In this document: in pieces, positions 56,035-64,000 of the stretch
Layout: the number at the start of each line of letters is the position of its first letter
Position numbering within the stretch: position 1 is the first letter of the stretch
Source of the DNA: Deltaproteobacteria bacterium
GTDB taxonomy: Bacteria > Desulfobacterota > Binatia > UBA9968 > JAJDTQ01
Assembly (NCBI GenBank): GCA_026712905.1
Contig: JAPOPM010000145.1
Coordinates: 954-64,953 of the forward strand
Direction of reading: 5' to 3'
DNA length: 64,000 nucleotides
Program-made: the position numbers and the translations under genes
Notes under the pieces: generated by a model
The model's input: only the letters and a program-made list of their open reading frames with translations
Database searches by the model: none
What the model was told of the DNA's origin: nothing

Positions 56035-57464
56035 CCTCGGACAGACCACCAGGAGCGCCGGGCCGGCGCCGCCTGTTCGGCACGGACGGCATCCGCGGCA
56101 TCGCCAACCAGGAGCCCATGACCGCGGAGACGGCCTTGAGGCTCGGCCGGGCCATCGCGCACGTGGTCGGCGGTCACGGCGGCGGCACGGAGGCGCGCGG
56201 CGCCCTGGGGCGGAAACGCACGCGCCGGCGCCGGATCCTCATCGGCAAGGACACGCGCCTGTCGGGCTACATGTTCGAGACCGCCCTGGCGTCCGGCATC
56301 TGTTCCATGGGCGCGGACGTTCTTCTGGTGGGTCCGCTGCCGACGCCGGCCGTTGCCTTCCTTACCCGGAGCATGCGCGCCGACGCCGGGGTGGTGATCT
56401 CGGCGTCGCACAACCCTTACCAGGACAACGGCATCAAGTTCTTTTCCCGGGACGGCTTCAAGCTGCCGGACGCCTGGGAGCAGCGCATGGAGGCGCTGGT
56501 CCGGGAGGGTGAGTACGGGGCAAACCGTCCCGCGGCCACGGACATCGGCAAGGCGTTTCGCGTCGCCGACGCCCTCGGCAGGACCGTGGACTTCCTCAAG
56601 AGCGCGTTCCCCAGCCGCCTGACCCTGGAGGGCCTCAAGATCGTCGTGGACTGCGCCAACGGCGCCGCCTACCGGGTGGCGCCGGAGGTGCTGACGGAAC
56701 TGGGCGCCGAGGTGATTCCGGTGGCGGTGGACCCCGACGGCACCAACATCAACCGGGAGTGCGGTTCGGTGTCCCCGGCGACGGCCCGGGCGGCGCTGCT
56801 GGAGCACGGCGCGGACCTGGCCGTGTGCCTCGACGGCGACGCGGACCGGGCGCTGTTCATCGACGACAAGGGCGAATTGGTGGACGGCGACGAGGTGCTG
56901 GCCATGTGCGCCATCGCGCTGAAGGAGGCCGGACGGCTGCCCACGGGCACGGTGGTGGCCACGGTGATGAGCAACATGGGGCTCGACGTCGCCCTGCGCG
57001 GGCACGGCATCGCGGTCCTGCGCACCGCCATCGGTGATCGCTACGTGGTGGAGGAAATGCGCCGCGGCGGCCACAACCTGGGCGGCGAGCAGTCGGGGCA
57101 CATGGTGTTCCTGGACCACAACACCACCGGCGACGGCTGCCTGACCGCGCTCCAGGTGCTGGCCCTCATGGTCGAGCAGGAGAAGCCTCTGAGCGAGCTG
57201 CGCCGGATCATGGGCAAGCTGCCGCAGGTGATCGTCAACGTGCCGGTGCGCGAGAAGCGCCCGCTCTCCGAGATGGACCAGGTGCAGGCGCGCATCAGCG
57301 AGAGCGAGAGCCTGCTCGACGGCCGCGGCCGCGTGCTGGTGCGCTACTCCGGCACCGAGCCGCTGGCGCGGGTCATGATCGAGGGCGAGTCGGAGGACGA
57401 GATCAGGCGGCTGGCGCAGGGCATCGCCGACGCGATCCACTCCACCAACGGCTCCGAAGGATAG
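56031..57464 (+). CDS. glmM: phosphoglucosamine mutase
   Basis: The N-terminal FGTDGIRG precedes the active-site Ser in [11 protein letters not shown]; GEQSGH sugar-binding loop. ATG overlaps the folP stop. Confidence 0.9.
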   Translation: MTSDRPPGAPGRRRLFGTDGIRGIANQEPMTAETALRLGRAIAHVVGGHGGGTEARGALGRKRTRRRRILIGKDTRLSGYMFETALASGICSMGADVLLVGPLPTPAVAFLTRSMRADAGVVISASHNPYQDNGIKFFSRDGFKLPDAWEQRMEALVREGEYGANRPAATDIGKAFRVADALGRTVDFLKSAFPSRLTLEGLKIVVDCANGAAYRVAPEVLTELGAEVIPVAVDPDGTNINRECGSVSPATARAALLEHGADLAVCLDGDADRALFIDDKGELVDGDEVLAMCAIALKEAGRLPTGTVVATVMSNMGLDVALRGHGIAVLRTAIGDRYVVEEMRRGGHNLGGEQSGHMVFLDHNTTGDGCLTALQVLALMVEQEKPLSELRRIMGKLPQVIVNVPVREKRPLSEMDQVQARISESESLLDGRGRVLVRYSGTEPLARVMIEGESEDEIRRLAQGIADAIHSTNGSEG

Positions 57465-57474
57465 GGGGTCCGGC

Positions 57475-58206
57475 ATGATTCGTCTCGGAGTCAACGTCGA
57501 TCACGTGGCCACCGTGCGCCAGGCGCGGAGGATCGACATCCCGGACCCGGTGGAGGCGGCGCTGCTGGCCGAGCGGGGCGGCGCCGATCTGATCACCGTG
57601 CACCTGCGCGAGGACCGCCGGCACATCCAGGAGCACGACGTGGTCCGGCTGCGGGAGCGCTCGAGCGCGGGCCTCAACCTGGAGATGGCCGGCACCGGGG
57701 AGATGGTCCGGCACGCGCTCGCGTTGCGGCCCGACGACGCCTGCCTGGTGCCGGAACGGCGCGAGGAGCTGACCACCGAGGGTGGTCTCGACGTAGCCGC
57801 CCAGGCGGGCCAGTTGCGCGAGGTGGTGGCGCGCCTGCGCGGCGCCGGCATTCGAGTAAGTCTCTTCGTGGACCCCGATCCGCGGCAGCTCGAGGCCAGC
57901 CGGGACCTGGGCGCCGACGCCGTGGAACTGCACACGGGCACTTACTGCGACGCCGCTGCGGACCGGGTGGCGCGCGAGCTGGAGGCCCTGCGCCGCGCCG
58001 CGACGCTGGCCGCGGGTCTGGGCCTGGAGGTCCACGGCGGGCACGGCCTCAATACGGAGAACGTGGCGCCCATCGCCGCCATCGCGGGGATCGTGGAGCT
58101 CAACATCGGACACAGCATCGTCGCCCGGGCCATCATGGTGGGGATGGTCGAGGCGGTACGGGAGATGAAGGCCCTCATCGCGGGGGCGGAAACGGCGGGG
58201 GACTGA
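57475..58206 (+). CDS. pdxJ: pyridoxine 5'-phosphate synthase
   Basis: [18 protein letters not shown]…[12 protein letters not shown] is the canonical PdxJ N-terminus. Confidence 0.9.
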   Translation: MIRLGVNVDHVATVRQARRIDIPDPVEAALLAERGGADLITVHLREDRRHIQEHDVVRLRERSSAGLNLEMAGTGEMVRHALALRPDDACLVPERREELTTEGGLDVAAQAGQLREVVARLRGAGIRVSLFVDPDPRQLEASRDLGADAVELHTGTYCDAAADRVARELEALRRAATLAAGLGLEVHGGHGLNTENVAPIAAIAGIVELNIGHSIVARAIMVGMVEAVREMKALIAGAETAGD

Positions 58207-58209
58207 CTC

Positions 58210-59778
58210 ATGCACGTGGTGACCGCGGCGGAGATGCGCCGCATGGACGAGCTCACCATTCAGGCCCACGGCGTCCCCAGCCTGCGGCTCATGGAGCGTG
58301 CCGGGCAGGGCGTGGTGGACGTGATCCTCCAGCGCTGGTCGCAACTGGCCAAGCGCGGCGCGCTGGTGGTGGCGGGCAAGGGCAACAACGGCGGTGACGG
58401 GCTCGTGGTGGCGCGGCTGCTGCACGAGCGGGAGTTCCCGTGCGAGGTGGCATGCCTGGCGCGGGCCGACGAGCTGTCGCCGGACGCGGCCACCAATCTC
58501 CAGCGCTACCGCACCGCGGGCGGCCGGTTCACGGAGATTCCCGGCGGCGATCCGGACGCCCTGCGCGGGCGTATCGAGGACAAGGGGCTCTTGGTGGACG
58601 CGCTCCTGGGCACCGGCCTGCGCGCGCCGGTGGAGGGGTTCCTGGCCGACGTGGTGGAGCTCATGAACGCTTCCGGTCTGCCCATCGTCGCGGTGGACAC
58701 CCCGTCGGGGCTGGATGCCGACAAGGGCGGCCCGCTGGGTGCGACGATACAGGCGGACATCACGGTGACCTTCGGCTATCCCAAGACCGGACAGGTGGTC
58801 TACCCCGGAGTCACCTACTGCGGCGATCTCGTGGTGGCCGACATCGGCCTGTGGGACAAGGCCGTGGCCGAGGTGGCCCCCTCGGCGGAGCTGCTGGACT
58901 CCGCGGACCTCGTGTGGCTGCTGCCGCGCCGGCTGGAAGACTCGCACAAGGGCAGCTACGGTCACCTGCTGGTGATGGCCGGCTCCCGCGGCAAGACCGG
59001 GGCGGCGGTGCTTTGCTGCCGCGGCGCCATGCGCGTGGGCACCGGGCTGGTGACGCTGGCGGCGCCCCGGGGCCTTAACGACATCCTGGCGGGCGCCCTG
59101 GTAGAGCCCATGACCGAGGCCCTGGGCGAGCCGGGCGCGGAACAGTGGCCGGCGCTGGGGGCGGCCGATTGGGACGGGCTGGCGGAGCGTGGGAACGCGG
59201 TCCTCTTCGGCCCGGGCGTGGGCGTCCACGACGGCGCGCGACGGACGCTGGAAACGCTGCTGGAGCATTGCACCCTGCCGTGGCTCATCGACGCCGACGG
59301 GCTCAACAACCTGGCGGCGGACATCGGCCGCCTGAAGGAGGCGCGCGTCCCCCCGGTGCTGACGCCGCATCCCGGCGAGATGGGCCGGCTCACCGGCATG
59401 GATGCATCGGCGGTCAACGCCGACCGCATCGGCATCGCCCGCGCCTTTGCCGCGGAGCACCGCTGCTACCTGGTGCTCAAGGGGGCGCGCACGGTCATGG
59501 CCACCCCCGAGGGCCGGGTCTCCATCAACCCCACGGGCAATGCCGGCATGGCCACCGGGGGCATGGGCGACGTCCTGGCGGGGATCATCGCCGGCTTTCT
59601 GGCGCAGGGACTGGCCCCTCGCGACGCGATGCGCTTGGGGGTGTATCTCCACGGACACGCCGGGGACCGGGTCGCGGATGATCGCGGCGGCGTGGGACTG
59701 ATCGCTTCGGACCTCGTCGACGAGTTGCCGCGCACCATCAAGGAACTGATGCAGATCCGGGAACTGGTACAGGGATGA
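58210..59778 (+). CDS. nnr: bifunctional NAD(P)H-hydrate epimerase / ADP-dependent dehydratase
   Basis: N-terminal YjeF_N ([14 protein letters not shown]) and C-terminal carbohydrate-kinase-like dehydratase (GPGVG…, GMGDVLAG). Confidence 0.85.
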   Translation: MHVVTAAEMRRMDELTIQAHGVPSLRLMERAGQGVVDVILQRWSQLAKRGALVVAGKGNNGGDGLVVARLLHEREFPCEVACLARADELSPDAATNLQRYRTAGGRFTEIPGGDPDALRGRIEDKGLLVDALLGTGLRAPVEGFLADVVELMNASGLPIVAVDTPSGLDADKGGPLGATIQADITVTFGYPKTGQVVYPGVTYCGDLVVADIGLWDKAVAEVAPSAELLDSADLVWLLPRRLEDSHKGSYGHLLVMAGSRGKTGAAVLCCRGAMRVGTGLVTLAAPRGLNDILAGALVEPMTEALGEPGAEQWPALGAADWDGLAERGNAVLFGPGVGVHDGARRTLETLLEHCTLPWLIDADGLNNLAADIGRLKEARVPPVLTPHPGEMGRLTGMDASAVNADRIGIARAFAAEHRCYLVLKGARTVMATPEGRVSINPTGNAGMATGGMGDVLAGIIAGFLAQGLAPRDAMRLGVYLHGHAGDRVADDRGGVGLIASDLVDELPRTIKELMQIRELVQG

Positions 59779-60305
59779 CGGCCAACGCATATCGAATCAC
59801 GACGGGCTCGCAAGAGGCCACCCGGGCCCTGGGGCGGACCCTCGGCGGCCTGCTCGGCGGCGGCGAGATCCTGGGGCTCACGGGCGATCTCGGCAGTGGC
59901 AAGACCTGCTTCGTCCACGGTCTTGCCGAGGGGCTCGCGGTGGGCCGGAACAGTTGGGTGCGGAGCCCCACCTTCACGCTCATCAACGAGTACGAGGGAC
60001 GGGTGCCGCTGGTCCACGTGGACCTCTTCCGCGTGGCCCCAGGCGCGGAGATGGAAGACCTGCACCTGGAAGAATACTTCGCGTCCGGCAGCGTGTGCGT
60101 CATCGAGTGGTTCGAGCGCCTGGACGCCGTCGGCGTGGAGGAGTTCCTCGCCGTGGCCTTCCGCTACGTGGACGAGGACCGGCGGGAGCTGCGCTTCGCC
60201 GCGCACGGCACGCGGTACGAGGAATTGGTGGCCGCGCTGCGGCGAGGCGATCCCATCGGTCCCGGGCCCTTCGACAAGGCTCGGGACGGGCGTGGCGAGG
60301 CGTAG
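59775..60305 (+). CDS. tsaE: tRNA t6A37 biosynthesis ATPase TsaE
   Basis: P-loop GDLGSGKT and the TsaE motif [10 protein letters not shown]. Start overlaps the nnr stop. Confidence 0.85.
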   Translation: MTANAYRITTGSQEATRALGRTLGGLLGGGEILGLTGDLGSGKTCFVHGLAEGLAVGRNSWVRSPTFTLINEYEGRVPLVHVDLFRVAPGAEMEDLHLEEYFASGSVCVIEWFERLDAVGVEEFLAVAFRYVDEDRRELRFAAHGTRYEELVAALRRGDPIGPGPFDKARDGRGEA

Positions 60306-60322
60306 GCAAGCGGAGTCGAGTG

Positions 60323-61546
60323 ATGGGATTGATCGTACAGAAATACGGCGGCACCTCCGTCGGCATGGTGGAACGCATCCGCAACGTCGCCAGGCGCGTG
60401 GCCGCCGCGCGCGCGGCGGGGAACGACGTGGTGGTGGTGGTGTCGGCCATGTCCGGCGAGACCAACCGTCTGCTGAACCTGGCCAACCAGGTTTCGGCGC
60501 ACGTGGACGACCGGGAGATCGACGTGCTCCTGGCGTCGGGAGAGCAGGTGTCGTGCGCGCTCCTGGCGCTGGCGCTCAAGGACTTGGGACAACCGGCGCG
60601 CTCGTTTCTCGGGCACCAGGTGCGCATCGCCACCGACAACGTGTACGGCCGGGCGCGCATCAAGAGCATCGACGCCACCCGTGTGCTGGAGTCGCTTGAG
60701 CGCCGGGAGGTGGTGGTGGTGGCGGGCTTTCAGGGTGTGGACGAGGACGACAACATCACCACTCTGGGGCGCGGCGGCTCGGACACGAGCGCCGTGGCCA
60801 TGGCCGCCGCCCTGAACGCCGCGGTGTGCGAGATCTACACGGACGTGGACGGCATCTACACGGCGGATCCCTTCGTGTGCGCGCGCGCACGGAAGCTGGA
60901 TCGCATTACGTATGACGAAATGCTGGAAATGGCCAGCATGGGCGCCCGGGTGCTGCAGATCCGCTCGGTGGAGCTGGCGAAGAAGTTCGGCGTCCCGGTG
61001 CACCTGCGCTCGAGTTTCAACGACGTGGAGGGCACCTGGCTGGTCGAGGAGGAAGAACAGATGGATTCGGTTCTGGTTTCGGCAGTGACCTGCGACAACG
61101 ACGAAGCCAAGATCACTATCCGCGGGGTGCCGGATCGCGCCGGCCTTGCGGCGCAGATCTTCGGCCCCATCGCGGACGCCAACATCGTCGTGGACATGAT
61201 CATCCAGAACGCGAGCGAGGACGGCACCACCGACGTGACCTTCACGGTGCCCAGGAAGGACCATACCAAGGCCATGGAATTGATTGAAAAAACCGCGTCC
61301 TTGATCCAAGCTAAGGGGGTGGCCTCCGATACCCGCGTAGCCAAGGTGTCGGTGGTGGGCGTGGGGGTGAGAACGAACGCGGGCGTAGCCGCGAGGATGT
61401 TCAAGGCGCTGGCCGACCAGTCCATCAACATCGAGATGATCTCGACCTCCGAGATCAAGGTGTCGGTGGTGGTGAACGAGGAGGACAGCCACAGGGCCGT
61501 GGATACGCTGCACGCTTCGCTGATCGAAGGGCAGGTGAGGGCATGA
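60323..61546 (+). CDS. lysC: aspartate kinase
   Basis: [26 protein letters not shown], and two C-terminal ACT domains. Confidence 0.9.
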   Translation: MGLIVQKYGGTSVGMVERIRNVARRVAAARAAGNDVVVVVSAMSGETNRLLNLANQVSAHVDDREIDVLLASGEQVSCALLALALKDLGQPARSFLGHQVRIATDNVYGRARIKSIDATRVLESLERREVVVVAGFQGVDEDDNITTLGRGGSDTSAVAMAAALNAAVCEIYTDVDGIYTADPFVCARARKLDRITYDEMLEMASMGARVLQIRSVELAKKFGVPVHLRSSFNDVEGTWLVEEEEQMDSVLVSAVTCDNDEAKITIRGVPDRAGLAAQIFGPIADANIVVDMIIQNASEDGTTDVTFTVPRKDHTKAMELIEKTASLIQAKGVASDTRVAKVSVVGVGVRTNAGVAARMFKALADQSINIEMISTSEIKVSVVVNEEDSHRAVDTLHASLIEGQVRA

Positions 61547-61549
61547 GTA

Positions 61550-63181
61550 ATGAGTAATTTGTTGCTGTACGATACCACCCTGCGCGACGGGTGCCAGAGC
61601 GAGGATGTCTCCTTCAGCCTGAAGGACAAGCTGCGCATCGCCGAGAGCCTGGTGGAGCTGGGCATCCACTACATCGAGGGCGGCTATCCCGGTTCCAACC
61701 CGCGCGACGCCGAGTTCTTCAAGGAGGTGTCGAAGCTGGACCTCAGGAAGACCCGGATCGCGTCCTTCGGCACCACCCGCCGGCCGTCGGTGAAACCCTC
61801 CCAGGACGCCAGCCTGAAGCTCTTGCTGGCGGCCAAGACCCCGGTGGTGACGCTGGTGGGCAAGACCTGGGACCTGCACGTGCGCGACGACCTGCGCATC
61901 AGCCAGAAGGCCAATCTGGAGGTGATCGCCGATTCCATCGCCTACATGAAGAAGCACGTCGACGAGGTGATGTTCGACGCCGAGCACTTCTTCGACGGCT
62001 ACCGCAACAATCCGAAGTTCGCGCTGGAGTGCCTCAAGGCGGCCGAGGAGGGCGGCGCCGACTGGATCGTGCTGTGCGACACCAACGGCGGCGGCCTGCC
62101 CGCCGACATCGGCGCGGCGGTGGCGCGGGCCAAGGAGGAGTTGAAGACGCCGCTGGGGGTCCATTGCCACAACGACGGCGAGCTGGCGGTGGCCAACACC
62201 ATGACGGCGGTGGAGAACGGCGTGCGCCAGATCCAGGGCACCATCAACGGCTTCGGCGAGCGCTGCGGCAACCTGAACCTGTGCTCGGTGCTGCCCAACC
62301 TCCAGTTGAAACAGGGCCACAAGATCGTGCGGACGTCGCAGTTGCGGCGGCTGCGGGAGATCTCGCACCTGCTGTACGAACTGGCCAACGTGGTGCCCAA
62401 CAAGCGCCAGCCCTACGTGGGCGACAGCGCGTTCGCGCACAAGGGCGGCCTCCACGTCTCGGGCATCATCAAGAACCGCGAGACCTACGAGCACATCGAG
62501 CCGGAGTTGGTGGGGAGCCGCCAGCGTGTCCTGGTGTCCGACCTGTCGGGCCGGAGCAACATCGTCTACAAGGCGCGGGAATACGACATCGACCTGAACG
62601 GCCAGGACACGGCCGTGCACCAGATCCTCAACCGCATCAAGGAGCTGGAGAGCCAGGGCTACGAGTTCGAGGCCGCGGAGGCTTCCTTCGAGCTGTTGAT
62701 CCAGGAGGCCTTGGGCAAGAAGAAGCGCAACTTCCGCCTCGACGGATTCCGGGTCATCGACGAAAAGCGGGTGGAAAACGAGGCACCGCTGTCCGAGGCC
62801 ACGGTCAAGGTGGAGGTGAACGGCGTGATGGAGCACGCCGCCGCCCTGGGCAGCGGTCCGGTGCACGCGCTGGACCAGGCCCTGCGCAAGGCCCTCACCG
62901 GCTTCTATCCGTCCCTGGAGGAAGTGGAGCTGCTGGACTACAAAGTCCGGGTGCTGTCGTCGGGGGAGGGCACCAGCGCCGCCGTCCGGGTGCTCATCGA
63001 GTCGGGTGACGGCCACGGCCAGTGGGGCACGGTGGGCGTTTCCCACAACGTCATCGAGGCGAGCTGGCAGGCGCTGGTCGACAGCATCGACTACAAGCTC
63101 TACAAGGACCGAAAGAAGAGGGGCCCCGCGGGCAAGGGCCGCGCCGGGAAGGCCCATTCCGCGGCATCGCCCGCGTCCTGA
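61550..63181 (+). CDS. cimA: citramalate synthase / 2-isopropylmalate synthase-family (LeuA type 2)
   Basis: [19 protein letters not shown] metallolyase N-terminus, HxH in [12 protein letters not shown], and a C-terminal LeuA-dimer regulatory domain. Confidence 0.8.
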   Translation: MSNLLLYDTTLRDGCQSEDVSFSLKDKLRIAESLVELGIHYIEGGYPGSNPRDAEFFKEVSKLDLRKTRIASFGTTRRPSVKPSQDASLKLLLAAKTPVVTLVGKTWDLHVRDDLRISQKANLEVIADSIAYMKKHVDEVMFDAEHFFDGYRNNPKFALECLKAAEEGGADWIVLCDTNGGGLPADIGAAVARAKEELKTPLGVHCHNDGELAVANTMTAVENGVRQIQGTINGFGERCGNLNLCSVLPNLQLKQGHKIVRTSQLRRLREISHLLYELANVVPNKRQPYVGDSAFAHKGGLHVSGIIKNRETYEHIEPELVGSRQRVLVSDLSGRSNIVYKAREYDIDLNGQDTAVHQILNRIKELESQGYEFEAAEASFELLIQEALGKKKRNFRLDGFRVIDEKRVENEAPLSEATVKVEVNGVMEHAAALGSGPVHALDQALRKALTGFYPSLEEVELLDYKVRVLSSGEGTSAAVRVLIESGDGHGQWGTVGVSHNVIEASWQALVDSIDYKLYKDRKKRGPAGKGRAGKAHSAASPAS

Positions 63182-63230
63182 ACGGAAGGATCCGCGGCCG
63201 TTCCGCCCGGATCTTCCACGGGAGCCGCCG

Positions 63231-63944
63231 ATGTGGAGTCTTCTGAAAGAGGACGTGCGCGTCGCCTTCGAGCGCGACCCCGCGGCGCGGAACCTGGGCG
63301 AGGTTCTGCTCAGCTATCCCGGCGTGCACGCGCTGCTTTGCCATCGCGTCGCCCACCGGCTGTGGCACGGCGGCTGGAGGAATCTCGGGCGCTTCCTGAG
63401 CCACCTGAGCCGTTTCTTCACCGGCATCGAGATCCATCCGGGCGCCACCGTCGGGCATCGGTTCTTCATCGATCACGGCATGGGAGTGGTCATCGGCGAG
63501 ACCGCCGAGATCGGCGACGATGTGACGTTGTACCAGGGCGTGACCTTGGGCGGCATCAGCCTGCGCAAGGAGAAGCGCCACCCCACGGTACGGGACTGCG
63601 TCATCATCGGCGCCGGCGCCACCGTGCTGGGCCCGGTGGTGGTGGGGCGGAACAGCAAGATCGGTTCGGGCTCGGTGGTGGTGAAGGACGTGCCGCCCAA
63701 CTCCACGGTGGTGGGCGTGCCCGGGAAGGTGGTGGAAGGCGACGGCGTGCACCGGGATCCGGTCGAACACCAGATCGCCCTGGACCACGACCGCTTGCCC
63801 GACCCTACGGCCAAGTCCTTGGGCCAGTTGGCCGACCACATCCACAAGCTGGAGGCGCGGGTGAACGAGCTGGATGCCAAGCAGGGTGGGCTGGAGGAGC
63901 GGCAGCGGGAAGAGGACAAAGAGGTCCGCCGATACAAGAACTGA
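63231..63944 (+). CDS. cysE: serine O-acetyltransferase with atypical C-terminal coiled-coil tail
   Basis: SATase N-terminus (…[20 protein letters not shown]) and hexapeptide LbH repeats ([31 protein letters not shown]). Confidence 0.85.
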   Translation: MWSLLKEDVRVAFERDPAARNLGEVLLSYPGVHALLCHRVAHRLWHGGWRNLGRFLSHLSRFFTGIEIHPGATVGHRFFIDHGMGVVIGETAEIGDDVTLYQGVTLGGISLRKEKRHPTVRDCVIIGAGATVLGPVVVGRNSKIGSGSVVVKDVPPNSTVVGVPGKVVEGDGVHRDPVEHQIALDHDRLPDPTAKSLGQLADHIHKLEARVNELDAKQGGLEERQREEDKEVRRYKN

Positions 63945-63952
63945 GAGAGCAA

Positions 63953-64000
63953 TGTGACGGCAGCAACGGACAAGAAGGTGGCGGTGGCCATGAGCGGGGG
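63953..64000 (+). CDS. start of a PP-loop ATPase gene (truncated by window end)
   Basis: GTG…VTAATDKKVAVAMSG resembles the KVxVxMSGGxDS PP-loop N-terminus (MnmA-like). Only 16 codons are visible. Confidence 0.3.

Overview
This is about 64 kb of a high-GC (roughly 65-70%) bacterial chromosome. Genes are densely packed on both strands, and most belong to housekeeping or metabolic operons. These include an ABC importer, pyrR-amidase and pyrE, fabH-fabF, tatAC, a three-subunit acyl-CoA carboxylase, bioB-rpoZ, and tilS-ftsH-folP-glmM-pdxJ-nnr-tsaE-lysC-cimA-cysE. An aromatic-catabolism patch is also present (aldolase, two alpha/beta hydrolases, a flavin monooxygenase, two Zn-dependent alcohol dehydrogenases, and Rieske oxygenase alpha/beta subunits). 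Several short accessory patches with lower GC interrupt this backbone. (i) vapBC, an AAA-ATPase/PD-(D/E)XK protein, an orphan membrane protein and a decayed EamA-family transporter paralog. (ii) A 1.4 kb island after rpoZ encoding a RusA-like resolvase translationally coupled to a PD-(D/E)XK-HEPN fusion protein. (iii) A 5.6 kb toxin/Abi island (class II Fic, an orphan gene, an AbiEi/AbiEii pair, an ArsP-like permease and ArsR) bracketed by a 177-bp near-identical direct repeat of the 3' end of a flavin monooxygenase gene; an older degraded copy of the abiEii/permease junction lies 5 kb further on. (iv) An Mre11/SbcD-like nuclease paired with a 1190-aa Rad50/SbcC-like ATPase in which a predicted transmembrane hairpin replaces the zinc hook. 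(v) Four intergenic clusters of a palindromic ATTCCC-N8-GGGAAT-type repeat family organised as MITE-like composite elements. (vi) A 12-codon sORF with canonical promoter, SD and terminator. I found no rRNA, tRNA or CRISPR array. Many long antisense ORFs in the six-frame track are GC-driven shadows. Some ORF N-termini in the track are over-extended, and I trimmed those to plausible starts; such starts are accurate to about +/-1-3 nt or one alternative start codon.
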